From NCBI GenBank assembly GCA_963828365.1, contig CAWHEE010000031.1, forward strand, positions 4,820 through 68,819: a stretch of DNA of 64,000 bases. Reading direction: 5' to 3'. The notes below the pieces were generated by a model that ran no database searches, was not told where the DNA came from, and saw only the letters and a list, made by a program, of their open reading frames with translations. Position numbers and translations under genes: made by a program. Below, piece by piece: positions 8,148-18,407 of the stretch. Every line of letters begins with the position of its first letter. Position 1 is the first letter of the stretch. Origin of the DNA: an uncultured Alphaproteobacteria bacterium (GTDB lineage Bacteria > Pseudomonadota > Alphaproteobacteria > Caulobacterales > Caulobacteraceae).

Positions 8148-10553
8148 TTAGCCGAGGGTTGATCGCGGCGCGACCAGCGCGGCGGCCGGTTCCCGCCATC
8201 CCTGGGCGGGCGTCGAGCCGGCCACGGCCGCCCCGACGCTCATACCCGCCATCGCCGCCACGAAGGCGTGAGCCGGCGGCGCGGCGGCCCCCGCGGGCGG
8301 ATCGACGACGATGACCCCGCCATGGCCGTCGCTGCTCGCCGTGAAGCTGGAGCTGGTGTAGTTTCCGACCAGGTTCAGCTTCGCCGTATGGACGCCGTCG
8401 CTCACCGTCAGCACGCCTCCCGCGGTCGTTCCGCTGAACGTCGCCTCGCCCGCGCCGACGAAGCCGACGTCGCTCAGGTCGAATTCCGTGCCACCGCTGG
8501 TCGCGAAGCCGGAGATGGTCCCGGTGTAGGTCTGGCTGCGGCCGAGGATCAAGGTGCCCAGTCCACCCACGAAGGCGACCGCCTGGTTGAAGCCGCCCGA
8601 AGCGTCGAATACCCCGGCGATGATCTGCGCCGATCCGGCGCCGGTGACCGTCGCATTGTTCTCGAGCACCAGCGTCCCGCCACTGACCTTGAGCAGTCCG
8701 TTGTTGACCACCGGCCCCTGGATTTCGAGCTTGCCGCCGCCGGAGACCTCGAGGGCGCCGTTGACGGTCACGCCTTTGCCGCTGATCACGTCGGCGGCGT
8801 TGGTCAGGTCGAGCGTGCGGGCGGCATTGATGATCAGGCTGCCGTTGGTCTCGAACCAGAGTCCGCCGAAGGTGATGTTCGAACCGATCGTCACCTTCGC
8901 CGCCTTGCCGGTCACGTCCAGATTGGCCACCGACAGCGAGCTTTTGTTCGCGAACGTCAGTTTGGCGGTCACCGAGAGCGACCCCGAGCCACCGATCGTG
9001 CCGCCGACCGTCAGGCCGCCGCCGTCGCTGACGACGCCGTTGACGATCATCGACTTGCCGGCGGCCACCATCCCCCCGGAGGCCAGCGCGAAATTGCCGC
9101 CCTGTTCGATCACCAGCGTGGAAAAATTCTGGAACACGGGCGCGGAGCCGGCGAAGCCGACCACGGTGATATTGCCGCTCGTGTCGATGCCGTTAACGAT
9201 CCCCGATCCGGCCCCCAGCGCGAGCGTGCCGCCGCCGCCGATCACCGCGCCCGAGAACACGCTGTTGGCCTCGACGATCAGCTCGTCGGACGACGACTGG
9301 AACAGCACCGACGTTCCGCCCGAGATGGTCCCGAAGTTGTCGACCGTCACGGCGCCGCCGGCCCGAGCGAACACGCCGATGCCGGTGTAATTGCTCCCGT
9401 AGCTGGAAACGCGGCCCTCGATCGCCGCGGTGTGGTCGGCGCTACTGCCGTTGAGGATCGTGCCGAAGGTCAGGTCGACGCCATAGCCCGACAGCTGCCG
9501 GCCCGCCCCGCCGCCGGAGATTACCGTGCCGTAGTTGGTCACCGAGCCGTTGCCGACGATTCCGGCCCCGCCGATCCCACCCCGTGACGAGCCGGCGGCC
9601 GCGCCGCCGCCGCCGCCGGAGATCATGCCGTCGTTGACCACCGTGCCCGTCGTGCCCCCCATGGTCACCCCGGCCCCGCCAGAGCCGACCTGGCGATAGC
9701 CGGCCGTCTCGCCGTTGACGCCGGTCCCACCGGCGCCGCCGACGATCAACTGGAAGTTCTGCACGCGCCCGCCCGCGCGCAGGCTGACGCCGGCGCCGCC
9801 CGTCCCGCCGCCGCCGCCCGGTCCGCCGGCCCCGCCCGCGCCGCCTTCGACGAACCCCGTCACGATGTCCACATAGCCGCCGGCGGCGAGGTCGATCCCG
9901 GCCCCGCCGGTTCCGCCATAGCCGCCGATGGCGATGGCGCCGCCTCCCTGGCCGCCCCGGCCGCCGATCACGCCGCCGGCCTCGTTGAAGACATCGCCCA
10001 CGCCGGCCGCGTAGAAGCCGTCGCCGCCGCCGCCGCCGGTCCCGCCGCGGACCGTCGTGCCATAGCTGCTGGCCCCGCCGGCCGCGCCGGCCCCGCCGAA
10101 GACATAGCTTCTATTGTAAAGCTGACCGCTGCTGTGCACGGTCACCCCGGCCCCGCCAGAGCCGCCGTCGCCGCCGAAGGAACCGGCAATTCCGGCGCTG
10201 CCTCCGCCGCCGACGATGTCGCCGCCGAGGGCGTGCACGATCCCGTAAACAGACAGGGCGACTCCGGCGCCGCCCGTATGGCCCGCCGCGCCCGCGCCGC
10301 TGGCCGTCGTGGCCAGGCCGCCGCGAATGTATCCGCCGGCGTGGTTGACCAGGCCTCCGCCACCGTTGCCCATGGTCACGCCGTTTGCCCCGAACTGAGC
10401 TTCCAGATGACCATAGTTCTGGATCATCGCCTGGCCGCTGGTCACCAGGCCGAAACCGCCGACACTCCCCGAGGCGGTTATATCCACGGTGCTGAAGCTG
10501 CTGTTGAGCAGATAGCCGGCGCTGTAGGTCCCGGAGATGGTCTTGGTCGTCAT
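8148..10553 (-). CDS. Large Gly-rich, beta-helix-like repeat protein, probably secreted (801 aa)
   Basis: GAGGAGG SD before MTTKTISGTYSAGY; GGxGGxGGxG tracts; C-terminal GVLTVSDG..TA...L.G.Y....FTASSDGHGG...FVAAMAG shared with the gene at 32293-36039. Confidence 0.8.
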   Translation of the reverse strand: MTTKTISGTYSAGYLLNSSFSTVDITASGSVGGFGLVTSGQAMIQNYGHLEAQFGANGVTMGNGGGGLVNHAGGYIRGGLATTASGAGAAGHTGGAGVALSVYGIVHALGGDIVGGGGSAGIAGSFGGDGGSGGAGVTVHSSGQLYNRSYVFGGAGAAGGASSYGTTVRGGTGGGGGDGFYAAGVGDVFNEAGGVIGGRGGQGGGAIAIGGYGGTGGAGIDLAAGGYVDIVTGFVEGGAGGAGGPGGGGGTGGAGVSLRAGGRVQNFQLIVGGAGGTGVNGETAGYRQVGSGGAGVTMGGTTGTVVNDGMISGGGGGAAAGSSRGGIGGAGIVGNGSVTNYGTVISGGGAGRQLSGYGVDLTFGTILNGSSADHTAAIEGRVSSYGSNYTGIGVFARAGGAVTVDNFGTISGGTSVLFQSSSDELIVEANSVFSGAVIGGGGTLALGAGSGIVNGIDTSGNITVVGFAGSAPVFQNFSTLVIEQGGNFALASGGMVAAGKSMIVNGVVSDGGGLTVGGTIGGSGSLSVTAKLTFANKSSLSVANLDVTGKAAKVTIGSNITFGGLWFETNGSLIINAARTLDLTNAADVISGKGVTVNGALEVSGGGKLEIQGPVVNNGLLKVSGGTLVLENNATVTGAGSAQIIAGVFDASGGFNQAVAFVGGLGTLILGRSQTYTGTISGFATSGGTEFDLSDVGFVGAGEATFSGTTAGGVLTVSDGVHTAKLNLVGNYTSSSFTASSDGHGGVIVVDPPAGAAAPPAHAFVAAMAGMSVGAAVAGSTPAQGWREPAAALVAPRSTLG

Positions 10554-10782
10554 CGTGGTCGCCTCCTCTGTAGGGCCCGCGCGGCGGCCATGGCGTCGCG
10601 CGTGAATGGTCTTGGTCGTCCGCCTATCGAGTGGCGTCGCATGCGATAAGGTGCAGCGGCGTGCACGCAGGTGCACCTTGCGACAGGTGCTCGCCCGGGG
10701 CCTGGCGTCAGATCACTGTTGCGGCGACGTCACTGGAACTCGGGACCTGCGGAACTCCCAGCGGCTGCGACGATCCGCCCCC

Positions 10783-10930
10783 CTACGCCATTCGGCCGAT
10801 CAATTCCTCGACCAGCTTGGCCGCGACCATGGCGGTCATGCCGTTGATATCGCGCGTGGGGTTCAGCTCGACGACGTCCACGCCGACGATCGGGCCGGGA
10901 ACCGCTTCGATCAGGTCCAGCACCTGACGC
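10783..10930 (-). pseudogene. 3' remnant of an arginase/agmatinase-family gene
   Basis: VLDLIEAV-GPIVGVDVVELNPTRDINGMTAMVAAKLVEELIGRMA*. No N-terminal part is present upstream. Confidence 0.65.
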
Positions 10931-11029
10931 CTGAAGCGGAACAAAGAGGCCGCCTGGACACCTACGACCTGATTTTCCTCACCTCAGGGTGTCCTGTCAG
11001 CTTGTCCGAACCGACATGACGCATGTTTC

Positions 11030-11240
11030 GACGTCGATGTGGAGGCCGAAGCGTCGCGCAAGCCGCGGCGCGCGTCGAACACCGGATGGCCGTCGGGCGC
11101 GGCGTCATGGGTCGAGGCGCTGGCGGCGTCGACGGGCCGCACACTGGCCCCCGCCCCGATCGGCCGCCCGCCGGTTCCCGACCCCGCGGCGATGGGAACC
11201 CGATGCGCTGGATGTTATGTCGCACGTGTCCCTATTTTTT
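11030..11240 (+). pseudogene. Probable 3' remnant of a REP-associated tyrosine transposase with adjacent end motif
   Basis: RRASNTGWPSGAASWVEALAASTGRTLAPAPIGRPP resembles the RAYT C-terminus (TGRPLGS..F...LE..LGR.L.P...GRP); followed by GTGTCCCTATTTTTT. Confidence 0.5.
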
Positions 11241-11256
11241 CGGAAAGGCAGCGGTC

Positions 11257-12699
11257 ATGGCCTCGTCCAAAGCCCTGACGGTCAAGAACCTGGAGGCGCT
11301 CGGCGCGGCGCGCCTGGCGGAACTGCTGCTCGAACTCAGCGCCGACGACGCGGGCCTCAAGCGGCGGATACGGCTCGAGCTCGCGGGCGCCTCCGGCTCG
11401 GCGGAGGTCGTCCACGAGGTTCGCAAGCGCCTGACCGCGCTGGCGAAAGCCCGCTCTGCCGTCGACTGGAACAAGATCAAGACCCTTGCCGCCGATCTCG
11501 AAACCCAACTGAACGCGATCGTGAATGTGATCGCCAGGACCGATGTCGGCGAAGCCCTGGAATTGCTCTGGCGCTTCATGGGGCTTGCCGAACCCACACT
11601 CTACCGATGCGATGACGGCAATGGACGCCTGAGCGACATCTTCGCGGCTGCGGCGGAGCATCTCGCGCCAATGGCGGCGAGCGCGGCTGTCGATCCCGAA
11701 ACCCTGGCCAATCAGGTTTTCGATGCCGTGCGGGGAAACAGCTACGGTCAATTCGATCACATCGTTTCCGATATGGCCCCGGTCCTGGGCTCGCGCGGGC
11801 TGGATCGCCTGGAACAACTGCTGGCGGAATGGGAGCGGGAAGAACGGGACCGGCCTCCCGACGCCGAACGCCGGGTCATCGGATACAGCGGCAACGGACC
11901 AATCTACGAAGAAGACCTCGAAGCGCGTCGTCGACAGCGCAGGCTCCAGGTCACGCGGCAAGAGATCGCCGATGCGCGCGGAGACGTCGACGGTTACATC
12001 GCCCTGTACGACGCGCAGGCCCGCCAGAGCCCGATGATCGCCGTGGGCATCGCGCGGCGACTGCTGGAGGCCGGGCGCGCGCGGGAGGCGTTGGAAGCGA
12101 TCGAGGCGATCGGCGAGCAGTCGCGAGGCGGGCCAGGCTATGAGTGGCGGCGGATGCGCGCCGATATCCTGGACGCGCTTGATCGCCACGATGAAGCCCA
12201 GAGCGAACGGTGGAACGGCTTTGCCGCCGGATTGGATGGGCGCCACCTGCGCGCCTATCTAAAGCGCCTGCCCGATTTTGACGACATCGAGGCCGAGGAG
12301 CGCGCGATGGCCCTTGCCCTCGCCTTTCGCGACTTTCATGTCGCGCTCGGATTTTTACTGGAGTGGCCGGCCCTCGACCGCGCGAGCGACCTGATCCTGA
12401 CGCGTTCCGGCGAGCTGAACGGCGACCACTATGGCCTGTTGTCACCCGCGGGCGAGGCGCTGGAGACGCGGTTTCCACTGGCCGCAACCCTGGTTCGGCG
12501 CGCGATGATCGACTTCACGCTGGAGCATGCGCGCTACAAACGCTATGGGCACGCCGCCCGCCACCTGCTGGAATGCGAGAGCGTGGCGGCGCGGATCACC
12601 GACTTCGGCGGCCATCCGGACCACCCGGACTATGTCGAGCGACTGAAAGCGGAGCACGGCCGCAAGGCGGCCTTCTGGGCGGATGTCGCGATGACTTGA
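11257..12699 (+). CDS. DUF6880-family helical protein
   Basis: MASSKALTVKNLEALGAARLAELL, LYRCDDGNG, LRAYLKRLPDFDDIEAEE, RYGHAARHL, HGRKAAFW. Confidence 0.8.
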   Translation: MASSKALTVKNLEALGAARLAELLLELSADDAGLKRRIRLELAGASGSAEVVHEVRKRLTALAKARSAVDWNKIKTLAADLETQLNAIVNVIARTDVGEALELLWRFMGLAEPTLYRCDDGNGRLSDIFAAAAEHLAPMAASAAVDPETLANQVFDAVRGNSYGQFDHIVSDMAPVLGSRGLDRLEQLLAEWEREERDRPPDAERRVIGYSGNGPIYEEDLEARRRQRRLQVTRQEIADARGDVDGYIALYDAQARQSPMIAVGIARRLLEAGRAREALEAIEAIGEQSRGGPGYEWRRMRADILDALDRHDEAQSERWNGFAAGLDGRHLRAYLKRLPDFDDIEAEERAMALALAFRDFHVALGFLLEWPALDRASDLILTRSGELNGDHYGLLSPAGEALETRFPLAATLVRRAMIDFTLEHARYKRYGHAARHLLECESVAARITDFGGHPDHPDYVERLKAEHGRKAAFWADVAMT

Positions 12700-12708
12700 G
12701 GTCGATCT

Positions 12709-12742
12709 CAATTCCCTGGCGTTCGCGAGCGTACCGAAATGG
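12709..12742 (+). repeat. 34-bp direct repeat, copy 1
   Basis: CAATTCCCTGGCGTTCGCGAGCGTACCGAAATGG; 32/34 identical to 13741-13774. Confidence 0.9.
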
Positions 12743-12926
12743 CGGCTTCGTCCCGACCGTTGTCGCGACGATTATCGTCTATGCCCTGATCCTGCCGCTG
12801 ATCCTGTTCGTGCCCAAGCGCCTAACCGCCGCCCGGGACGGCGAGGGCGATCGCGATGACCTGAAGGCGGTTCGCGGGTTGCCAAGGCGTGATCCGTATA
12901 TCCGCATGCATCCGATCCGCTCCGGC

Positions 12927-12992
12927 AAAACCGGACAGATCGTCTGCTACGAAAACCGGACATATCGTGTGCTACCCACAGTGCTACCCACA
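12927..12992. mobile_element. Orphan IS-like terminal repeat
   Basis: Two units at 25-bp period (AAAACCGGACAGATCGTCTGCTAC, AAAACCGGACATATCGTGTGCTAC) ending in CCACA (5'-TGT on the - strand), followed by a tandem copy of GTGCTACCCACA. No transposase nearby. Confidence 0.55.
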
Positions 12993-13083
12993 CCCGTCTT
13001 GACCACCGAAGAGGCTGTAGCTAATTTAGCTAATCCAAAGACCTTGGCCAGACGGGACAGTCCCCGTGGCTCGGAGACCAGCC

Positions 13084-13320
13084 ATGCAACAGGTGACCGT
13101 GCACGCGGCCAAGACCCAACTCTCCCGCCTGATCGCCGCGGCGGTCGCCGGCGAAGAGGTGGTGATCGCCAAGGGCGGCAAGCCCATCGTCCGGCTGGTC
13201 CCCATTCCGCAAGGACGGTTCAGAATCGGGCTTCTGGCCGATCGTGTGCCGGGCCCGGGCCCGGATTTCCTGGCGCCGATGACCGAGGACGAACTGGATC
13301 ACTGGGAAGGCGGTGCGTGA
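13084..13320 (+). CDS. Phd/YefM-family antitoxin
   Basis: MQQVTVHAAKTQLSRLIAAAVAGEEVVIAKGGKPIVRLVP. Confidence 0.92.
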   Translation: MQQVTVHAAKTQLSRLIAAAVAGEEVVIAKGGKPIVRLVPIPQGRFRIGLLADRVPGPGPDFLAPMTEDELDHWEGGA

Positions 13321-13700
13321 ACGCCGTCCTGCTGGACACCCATGCGTGGGCCTGGAGCCTGACCGATGACAATCGTCTCAGCGTCCGGGCCGCGCAAGCA
13401 ATTAACCTGGCGGACCGGGTCATGGTCAGCCCTATTTCCTTCTTCGAGATCGCCCAGAAAGTCCGCCTGGGGAAATGGCCCGAAATGGAGCCGTTCATAG
13501 AGACCCTGCCGGCGCTTCTCGAGGAACAGGGCGGATTCATCGCCGATCTTGACCCAGGGATCTGCGTCACCGCCGGCGTGATGTCCTGGCCGCATCGCGA
13601 CCCTTTCGACCGGCTCCTGGCGGCCACATCTCTGCGGCGCGGCCTGCCGCTGATCTCGGCCGACAGCGTCTTCGACGGACTGATCCCCAGGATATGGTGA
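13317..13700 (+). CDS. vapC: PIN-domain (VapC) toxin
   Basis: GTG start overlaps the antitoxin stop; LLDTHAWAW, SPISFFEI, HRDPFDRLLAA, ISADSVFD. Confidence 0.92.
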   Translation: MNAVLLDTHAWAWSLTDDNRLSVRAAQAINLADRVMVSPISFFEIAQKVRLGKWPEMEPFIETLPALLEEQGGFIADLDPGICVTAGVMSWPHRDPFDRLLAATSLRRGLPLISADSVFDGLIPRIW

Positions 13701-13740
13701 AGGCGCGACGGGTCATTTACGTATTGTGTCGGCGAATATC

Positions 13741-13774
13741 CAATTCCCTTGCGTTTGCGAGCGTACCGAAATGG
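13741..13774 (+). repeat. 34-bp direct repeat, copy 2
   Basis: CAATTCCCTTGCGTTTGCGAGCGTACCGAAATGG. Confidence 0.9.
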
Positions 13775-13788
13775 GCCGCTGGACCGTT

Positions 13789-14178
13789 TCACGCGACCCG
13801 CAGGCCGAGATGTTCCTCCATCGGCGCGAAATCGCGATCGTCGTGCAGCAGCGCATGGCCCCGCTCGATACAATAGGTCCCGATGATCACGTCGGCGGTT
13901 TTTCGGATCGTGACGCCCAGCGACCTCAGGCGGCGATAATGGCGGGCGGCGCATACCGCCAGTTCCGCGTCCAGGAGGGTCACGATGGTGAACTGGCGCA
14001 GTCCGCGCTCTATGCGTGCGGCATGAGCCTCGTCCCGCGCGCCCTGGAGGACCTCGAGCAGAATGAGGTCGCCGACCAGCAGTGGTTCGCGCGCAACCGC
14101 GGTTTCCAGCCTGGCGGTCGCGGAGGTCTGCTCTCCGCGCAGATTCGCGATCCAGACCGAGCTGTCGACGAGGATCAC
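13789..14178 (-). CDS. vapC: PIN-domain (VapC) toxin
   Basis: MILVDSSVWI, ILLEVLQG, TIRKTADVIIG, LLHDDRDF. Confidence 0.93.
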   Translation of the reverse strand: MILVDSSVWIANLRGEQTSATARLETAVAREPLLVGDLILLEVLQGARDEAHAARIERGLRQFTIVTLLDAELAVCAARHYRRLRSLGVTIRKTADVIIGTYCIERGHALLHDDRDFAPMEEHLGLRVA

Positions 14179-14384
14179 GCTTGGCCGGGGACTCTTCCCT
14201 GGCGCATCTCGTCCAGGTCACCATCCCAGCCAAGTCCCTGCAGATCGGCAAGCGAGCGCGCCTGAGCGCGCACGCGCACCAACATCCGCAGCGCCTCTTC
14301 GACGGCGGCCCGCTTGGTCGTCAGGCCCGTCACCGCCATCGCTTGGGACAACAGTGTGTCATCGATGTCGATGTTCGTCCGCAT
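14175..14384 (-). CDS. vapB: VapB-family antitoxin
   Basis: MRTNIDIDDTLL...TTKRAAVEEALR...WDGDLDEMR; 4-nt overlap with the toxin gene. Confidence 0.92.
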   Translation of the reverse strand: MRTNIDIDDTLLSQAMAVTGLTTKRAAVEEALRMLVRVRAQARSLADLQGLGWDGDLDEMRQGRVPGQA

Positions 14385-14498
14385 GGCGCGCGACCTTCCG
14401 AATGTGTATAATATTTGGAGCATATACACATCAGGGCGCATGGGCCAACGCCTGTCCCGGCAGGTTGCAGATTCTCCCAGACCGTCGTCGCGGAGACA

Positions 14499-14541
14499 CC
14501 CTCATCCCCCGCTTCGCGGGGACGTCTCCCAAGGGGAGAAG
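14499..14541 (+). repeat. REP-like element related to 8011-8056
   Basis: CCCTCATCCCCCGCTTCGCGGGGACGTCTCCCAAGGGGAGAAG. Confidence 0.6.
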
Positions 14542-14542
14542 A

Positions 14543-15471
14543 TCAGGTTGTCACCGCCCTTAGGACCGGGACGTATCCGCCCGCGCCCAGCATGCGGCGG
14601 GTAACGCCCTTCGCCTCCAGCAGTCGCCGCGCGCGGGGCAGGTTGTAGCAGGGCACGTGCATGAACATGTGATGCTCGCAGTGGTAGTTCACATAGTAGG
14701 GGGCGATCAGCGCCCGCTCGAGCAGATTGGCATGCGTGGTGCGGGCGTGGCGCAGCGGGTCGGGCTCGTTCTTGGCGACGCAGGGCGTGCTCGGCGATGT
14801 TGCGCAGGCGGGTGACCAGCTGGAACCAGGTGGCGCGCGGCAGCAGCCAGAGCGCGAACCAGCCCCACCAGTAGCCCGCAGCGCGCGAACCCGACGATGG
14901 CCAGGCCATTGACGATCAGCCAGCGGCGCTGGCGCACGGACTTCCGTCGCCCAGGATCGGCAGCAACGGCTCGCCCGGTTTGCGCGCCTTCAGCTTTGCG
15001 ATCAGCCGCCCGAACTGCTGCTTGAACCAGGTCTGGCCGGTCAGGTCGCGGACGATCTTGCGCCGCAGCGACGGGCGGCGTGATCGGGAACGGCGCCGAC
15101 AGGACCAGGTCGGGATCCTCGGCCTGCTGGGCGTACTTGTGATGCTGCAGATGATAGTTGCGGTAGCCGACCACGCCGCCGCCGCACAGCCATTCGCCGA
15201 CCCAGTCGTTGACCTTGGGGTCCGGATGCAGGGCGCCATGGGCGGCGTCGTGCATCAGGATGGCGAGGCCGAGCTGGCGCGCGCCGATGATCATCACCGC
15301 CAGCGGGATGGTGATCGGCCAGACCAGGGCGCCATGGCGGTCGCCGCGCCGATCACCGCCCAGGCGTGGGCGACCAGGGCCAGGCCCTTCCAGGACGAAC
15401 GCGCGGCCAGCGGCGCCCATTCCTCGGGGCTCGAAGAAGTCCTTGGGATTGACGCGCGCGGCGACGGCCAT
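14543..15471 (-). CDS. Fatty acid desaturase family protein (several indels)
   Basis: Histidine boxes HDAAH, HLQHH and HCEHH, plus RNIAEH. Confidence 0.88.
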
Positions 15472-15510
15472 GGCGGTCCTATAGCTCAAATCGGCGAGGG
15501 AATCACCGCC

Positions 15511-16387
15511 TCAGGCGTCGCGGGAGGTCAGGATGGACTGGAACGCTTCGGGATCGAGGCCGAACACCGCGGCCCAGGGCGAGGGCGCGCCGGTATCCCA
15601 CGCATGGCGGCCGCCGATGGTGATGCCGCCGTCGACCACCAGATGCGTGCCGGTCACGAAGCTCGAAGTCGTCGCTGGCCAGATACAGAGCCGCCGCGGC
15701 GATGTCGGCGGGCAGCCCGGCCTTGGGGATCGGCTGGAGCGCCGCGGCATTCTCCACCACCCGCGCCGCCATCTGGTCGGCGGCGTCGCGCGGCAGGCCC
15801 AGCGCATGACCGAAGATCGAGGTGGCGATGATGCCCGGGCAGATGGCGTTGACGCGGATCTTGTGCGGCGACAGGTCGGCGGCGGCGCAGCGGGTCATGT
15901 GGATCACCGCGCCCTTGGCGGTCGAATAGGCCAGCGGTCCCCAGCCCGGCTTGAGCCCGGCGATCGAGGCGGTATTGATGATCGAGCCGCCGCCGCGCTC
16001 GCGCATCAGCGGCGCGGCGTGCTTCATGCCGACCGCCGGACCGCGCACCAGCAGGGCGAAGGTGGCGTCCCAGCCTTCCGGCGTGACCGCGTCGACGCCG
16101 CCGGCCAGTCCGGAGTGGCCGGCGTTGTTGAACAGGATGTCGAGGCCGCCGAACGCCTCGACCGCCAGGGCGCAGGCGGCGGCGATGTCGGCCTCGCTCG
16201 TGACGTCGCAATGGGCGTAGCGCACGCGACCGTCGAAGCGCCGGGCCAGGATGGCGCCCTTCTCGTCCTGCACATCTGCCGCGACGACGCAGGCGCCTTC
16301 GGCCGCGAACAGCTCCACCGCGCCCAGGCCGATACCCGAGCAACCGCCGGTGATCAGGGCGACCTTGCCGGCGAGGCGGCCGCTCAA
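15511..16387 (-). CDS. Short-chain dehydrogenase/reductase (indel near 15660)
   Basis: [46 protein letters not shown]. Confidence 0.9.
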
Positions 16388-17391
16388 GGCGCGTCGTCCA
16401 TCATCACCACCACCTTGCCGAGCGCCTTGCGACTGGCGAGGTGGCTGATGGCCTCACCGGCCCGCGACAGCGGGAAATGCTCGGAGACGTGAGGCCGGAT
16501 CTTGCCGCCATCGTAGAGCGCGACCAGGTCCTTGACGTTCTGCTGGTGGGCGGCCGGGTCGCGGGCGACGGCGGCGCCCCAGAACACGCCCACCACCTGG
16601 CAGCTCTTGAGCAGGGTCAGATTGAGCGGCAGTTTCGGAATGCCGGCCGGGAAGCCGATGACCAGGAAACGGCCCTCCCACGCGATCGAACGCAGCGACG
16701 CCTCGGCATAGTCGCCGCCGACCCCGTCATAGATGACGTCGGCGCCGTTCGGCCCGCACGCCTTCTTGAAGATGTCCGCCAGCGCCTTCTGGCCGTCGCG
16801 ATCGAACGGACCATGCGGATAGACCACCCCGCTCTCGGCCCCATGCGCGATGGCCAGATCCACCTTCTCCTGCGAAGAGGCCGCGGCGATCACCCGCGCG
16901 CCCATCGCCTTGCCGAGTTCGACGGCGGCCAGGCCGACGCCGCCGGCCGCGCCCAGCACCAGCAGGGTCTCGCCGGGCTTCAGATGGCCGCGGTCCTTGA
17001 GGCCGTAATAGGAGGTGCCGTAGGTCATCAGGAAGGCGGCGGCCTCGTCGTAGGGCATGGAATCGGGGATCGGCACCAGCCGCGAGGCCTCGAGCAGCAG
17101 TTCCTCGCGCATGCCGCCGGAGCCGATGTTGCCGAGCACCCGGTCGCCGGGTTTGAGGTTGGCCACCCCCTCGCCGACCGCCTTGACAATGCCGGAGATC
17201 TCGCTGCCGGGCGAAAATGGCCGCGGCGGCTTGAACTGGTATTTGTCCTCGATGATCAGCACGTCCGGATAGTTGACGCCGACCGCCTTGACCGACACCA
17301 CGACCAGGCCCGGTCCGGCCTCGGGGCTGGGAATGTCCTCCAGCACCAGGGTTTCGGGGCCGCCGACGTGGGTGCTCAACAAGGCCTTCAT
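16384..17391 (-). CDS. NADPH:quinone oxidoreductase (MDR family)
   Basis: [46 protein letters not shown]. Confidence 0.93.
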   Translation of the reverse strand: MKALLSTHVGGPETLVLEDIPSPEAGPGLVVVSVKAVGVNYPDVLIIEDKYQFKPPRPFSPGSEISGIVKAVGEGVANLKPGDRVLGNIGSGGMREELLLEASRLVPIPDSMPYDEAAAFLMTYGTSYYGLKDRGHLKPGETLLVLGAAGGVGLAAVELGKAMGARVIAAASSQEKVDLAIAHGAESGVVYPHGPFDRDGQKALADIFKKACGPNGADVIYDGVGGDYAEASLRSIAWEGRFLVIGFPAGIPKLPLNLTLLKSCQVVGVFWGAAVARDPAAHQQNVKDLVALYDGGKIRPHVSEHFPLSRAGEAISHLASRKALGKVVVMMDDAP

Positions 17392-17478
17392 CGCAGTCTC
17401 CTGTTTCCCTATTTTCGCGGCGGACGCTATCCGATGCCCCGCGCGGGCGGAAGTCCCCGCCCTGTCCATGGAGCGACC

Positions 17479-18354
17479 ATGCCGAACGATTGTTTCACTC
17501 TCGCCGTGCACGGCGGGGCCGGCGCGCTGCGCGGCCGCGATTATGGTCGTGAGCTGGTGCATATGCGGGGGCTGATCGAGGCCGGCCGCGACCGGCTGCG
17601 CGCCGGGGCCGCGGCCCTCGACGTGGTGGTGGAGACCGTCGTCGAACTGGAAGCCTCCGGTCTCTATGTCGCCGGGCGCGGCGCCTCGCCCAACACCGCC
17701 GGACGCTATGAGCTCGATGCCGGAGTCATGGACGGCCCCTCGCAGCGCGCCGGGGCCGTGGCCGCGCTGGAGGGCTTCGCTTCGCCGATCACCGCCGCGC
17801 GCGCGGTGATGCAGACCACGCCGCACGTGCTGTTCGTCGGCGAGGGCGCCGCGGCGCTGGCGGCGGAGCGGGGACTGGCGCGGATCGCCGATCCGGCCAG
17901 CTGGTTCACCCACGCCGGCGGCGGCGAGTCGCGGGTGGCGGCGGACCTCGCCACCGGCACGGTGGGCTGCGTGGCCCGCGATGCGAGCGGCGCCCTGGCG
18001 GCGGCGACCTCCACCGCCGGCATCTTCGGCAAGCCGCTGGGGCGGGTCGGCGACTGCCCGATCCTGGGGGCCGGGGTGTGGGCGGACCCGCGCGTCGCGG
18101 TCTCCTGCACCGGGGCCGGAGAGATGTTCCTGCGCGCCGCCGCCGCCGCGCAGGTGGCCTTCCGTGTCCGCTTCGGGGGCGAGGCCCTGGCGGCGGCCGC
18201 GCAGGCCGCGCTGGCGGAGGTCGAGGCGCTGGGTGGCGAGGGCGGCCTGATCGCGGTCGACGCCGAGGGCAATGTCAGTCTGCCCTTCAACTCCGCCGGC
18301 ATGAAGCGCGCCGCCCTCCTCGCCGACGGATCGATCGTCTGCGAGGTTTTCTGA
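17479..18354 (+). CDS. Isoaspartyl peptidase/L-asparaginase (Ntn hydrolase)
   Basis: [27 protein letters not shown] (catalytic Thr), AATSTAG, GRVGDCP. Confidence 0.92.
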   Translation: MPNDCFTLAVHGGAGALRGRDYGRELVHMRGLIEAGRDRLRAGAAALDVVVETVVELEASGLYVAGRGASPNTAGRYELDAGVMDGPSQRAGAVAALEGFASPITAARAVMQTTPHVLFVGEGAAALAAERGLARIADPASWFTHAGGGESRVAADLATGTVGCVARDASGALAAATSTAGIFGKPLGRVGDCPILGAGVWADPRVAVSCTGAGEMFLRAAAAAQVAFRVRFGGEALAAAAQAALAEVEALGGEGGLIAVDAEGNVSLPFNSAGMKRAALLADGSIVCEVF

Positions 18355-18407
18355 ACCCACTATATGCTAGGGTTTGCGATCGACCCAGAATTCGCCGAAA
18401 GCCGCCC

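Noticed and set aside
9560-10330. GGxGGxGG tracts as a mycobacterial PE-PGRS gene
   Set aside because: No PE domain; the C-terminus is homologous to another gene in this window, so the similarity is only low complexity.
12363-13700. 445-aa ORF as a fused membrane-PIN toxin
   Set aside because: It overlaps DUF6880 and the antitoxin; the toxin has a coupled GTG start at 13317.
13711-13740. AT-rich stretch beside the direct repeat as a XerCD dif-like site
   Set aside because: No convincing 11-6-11 structure or XerD half-site.
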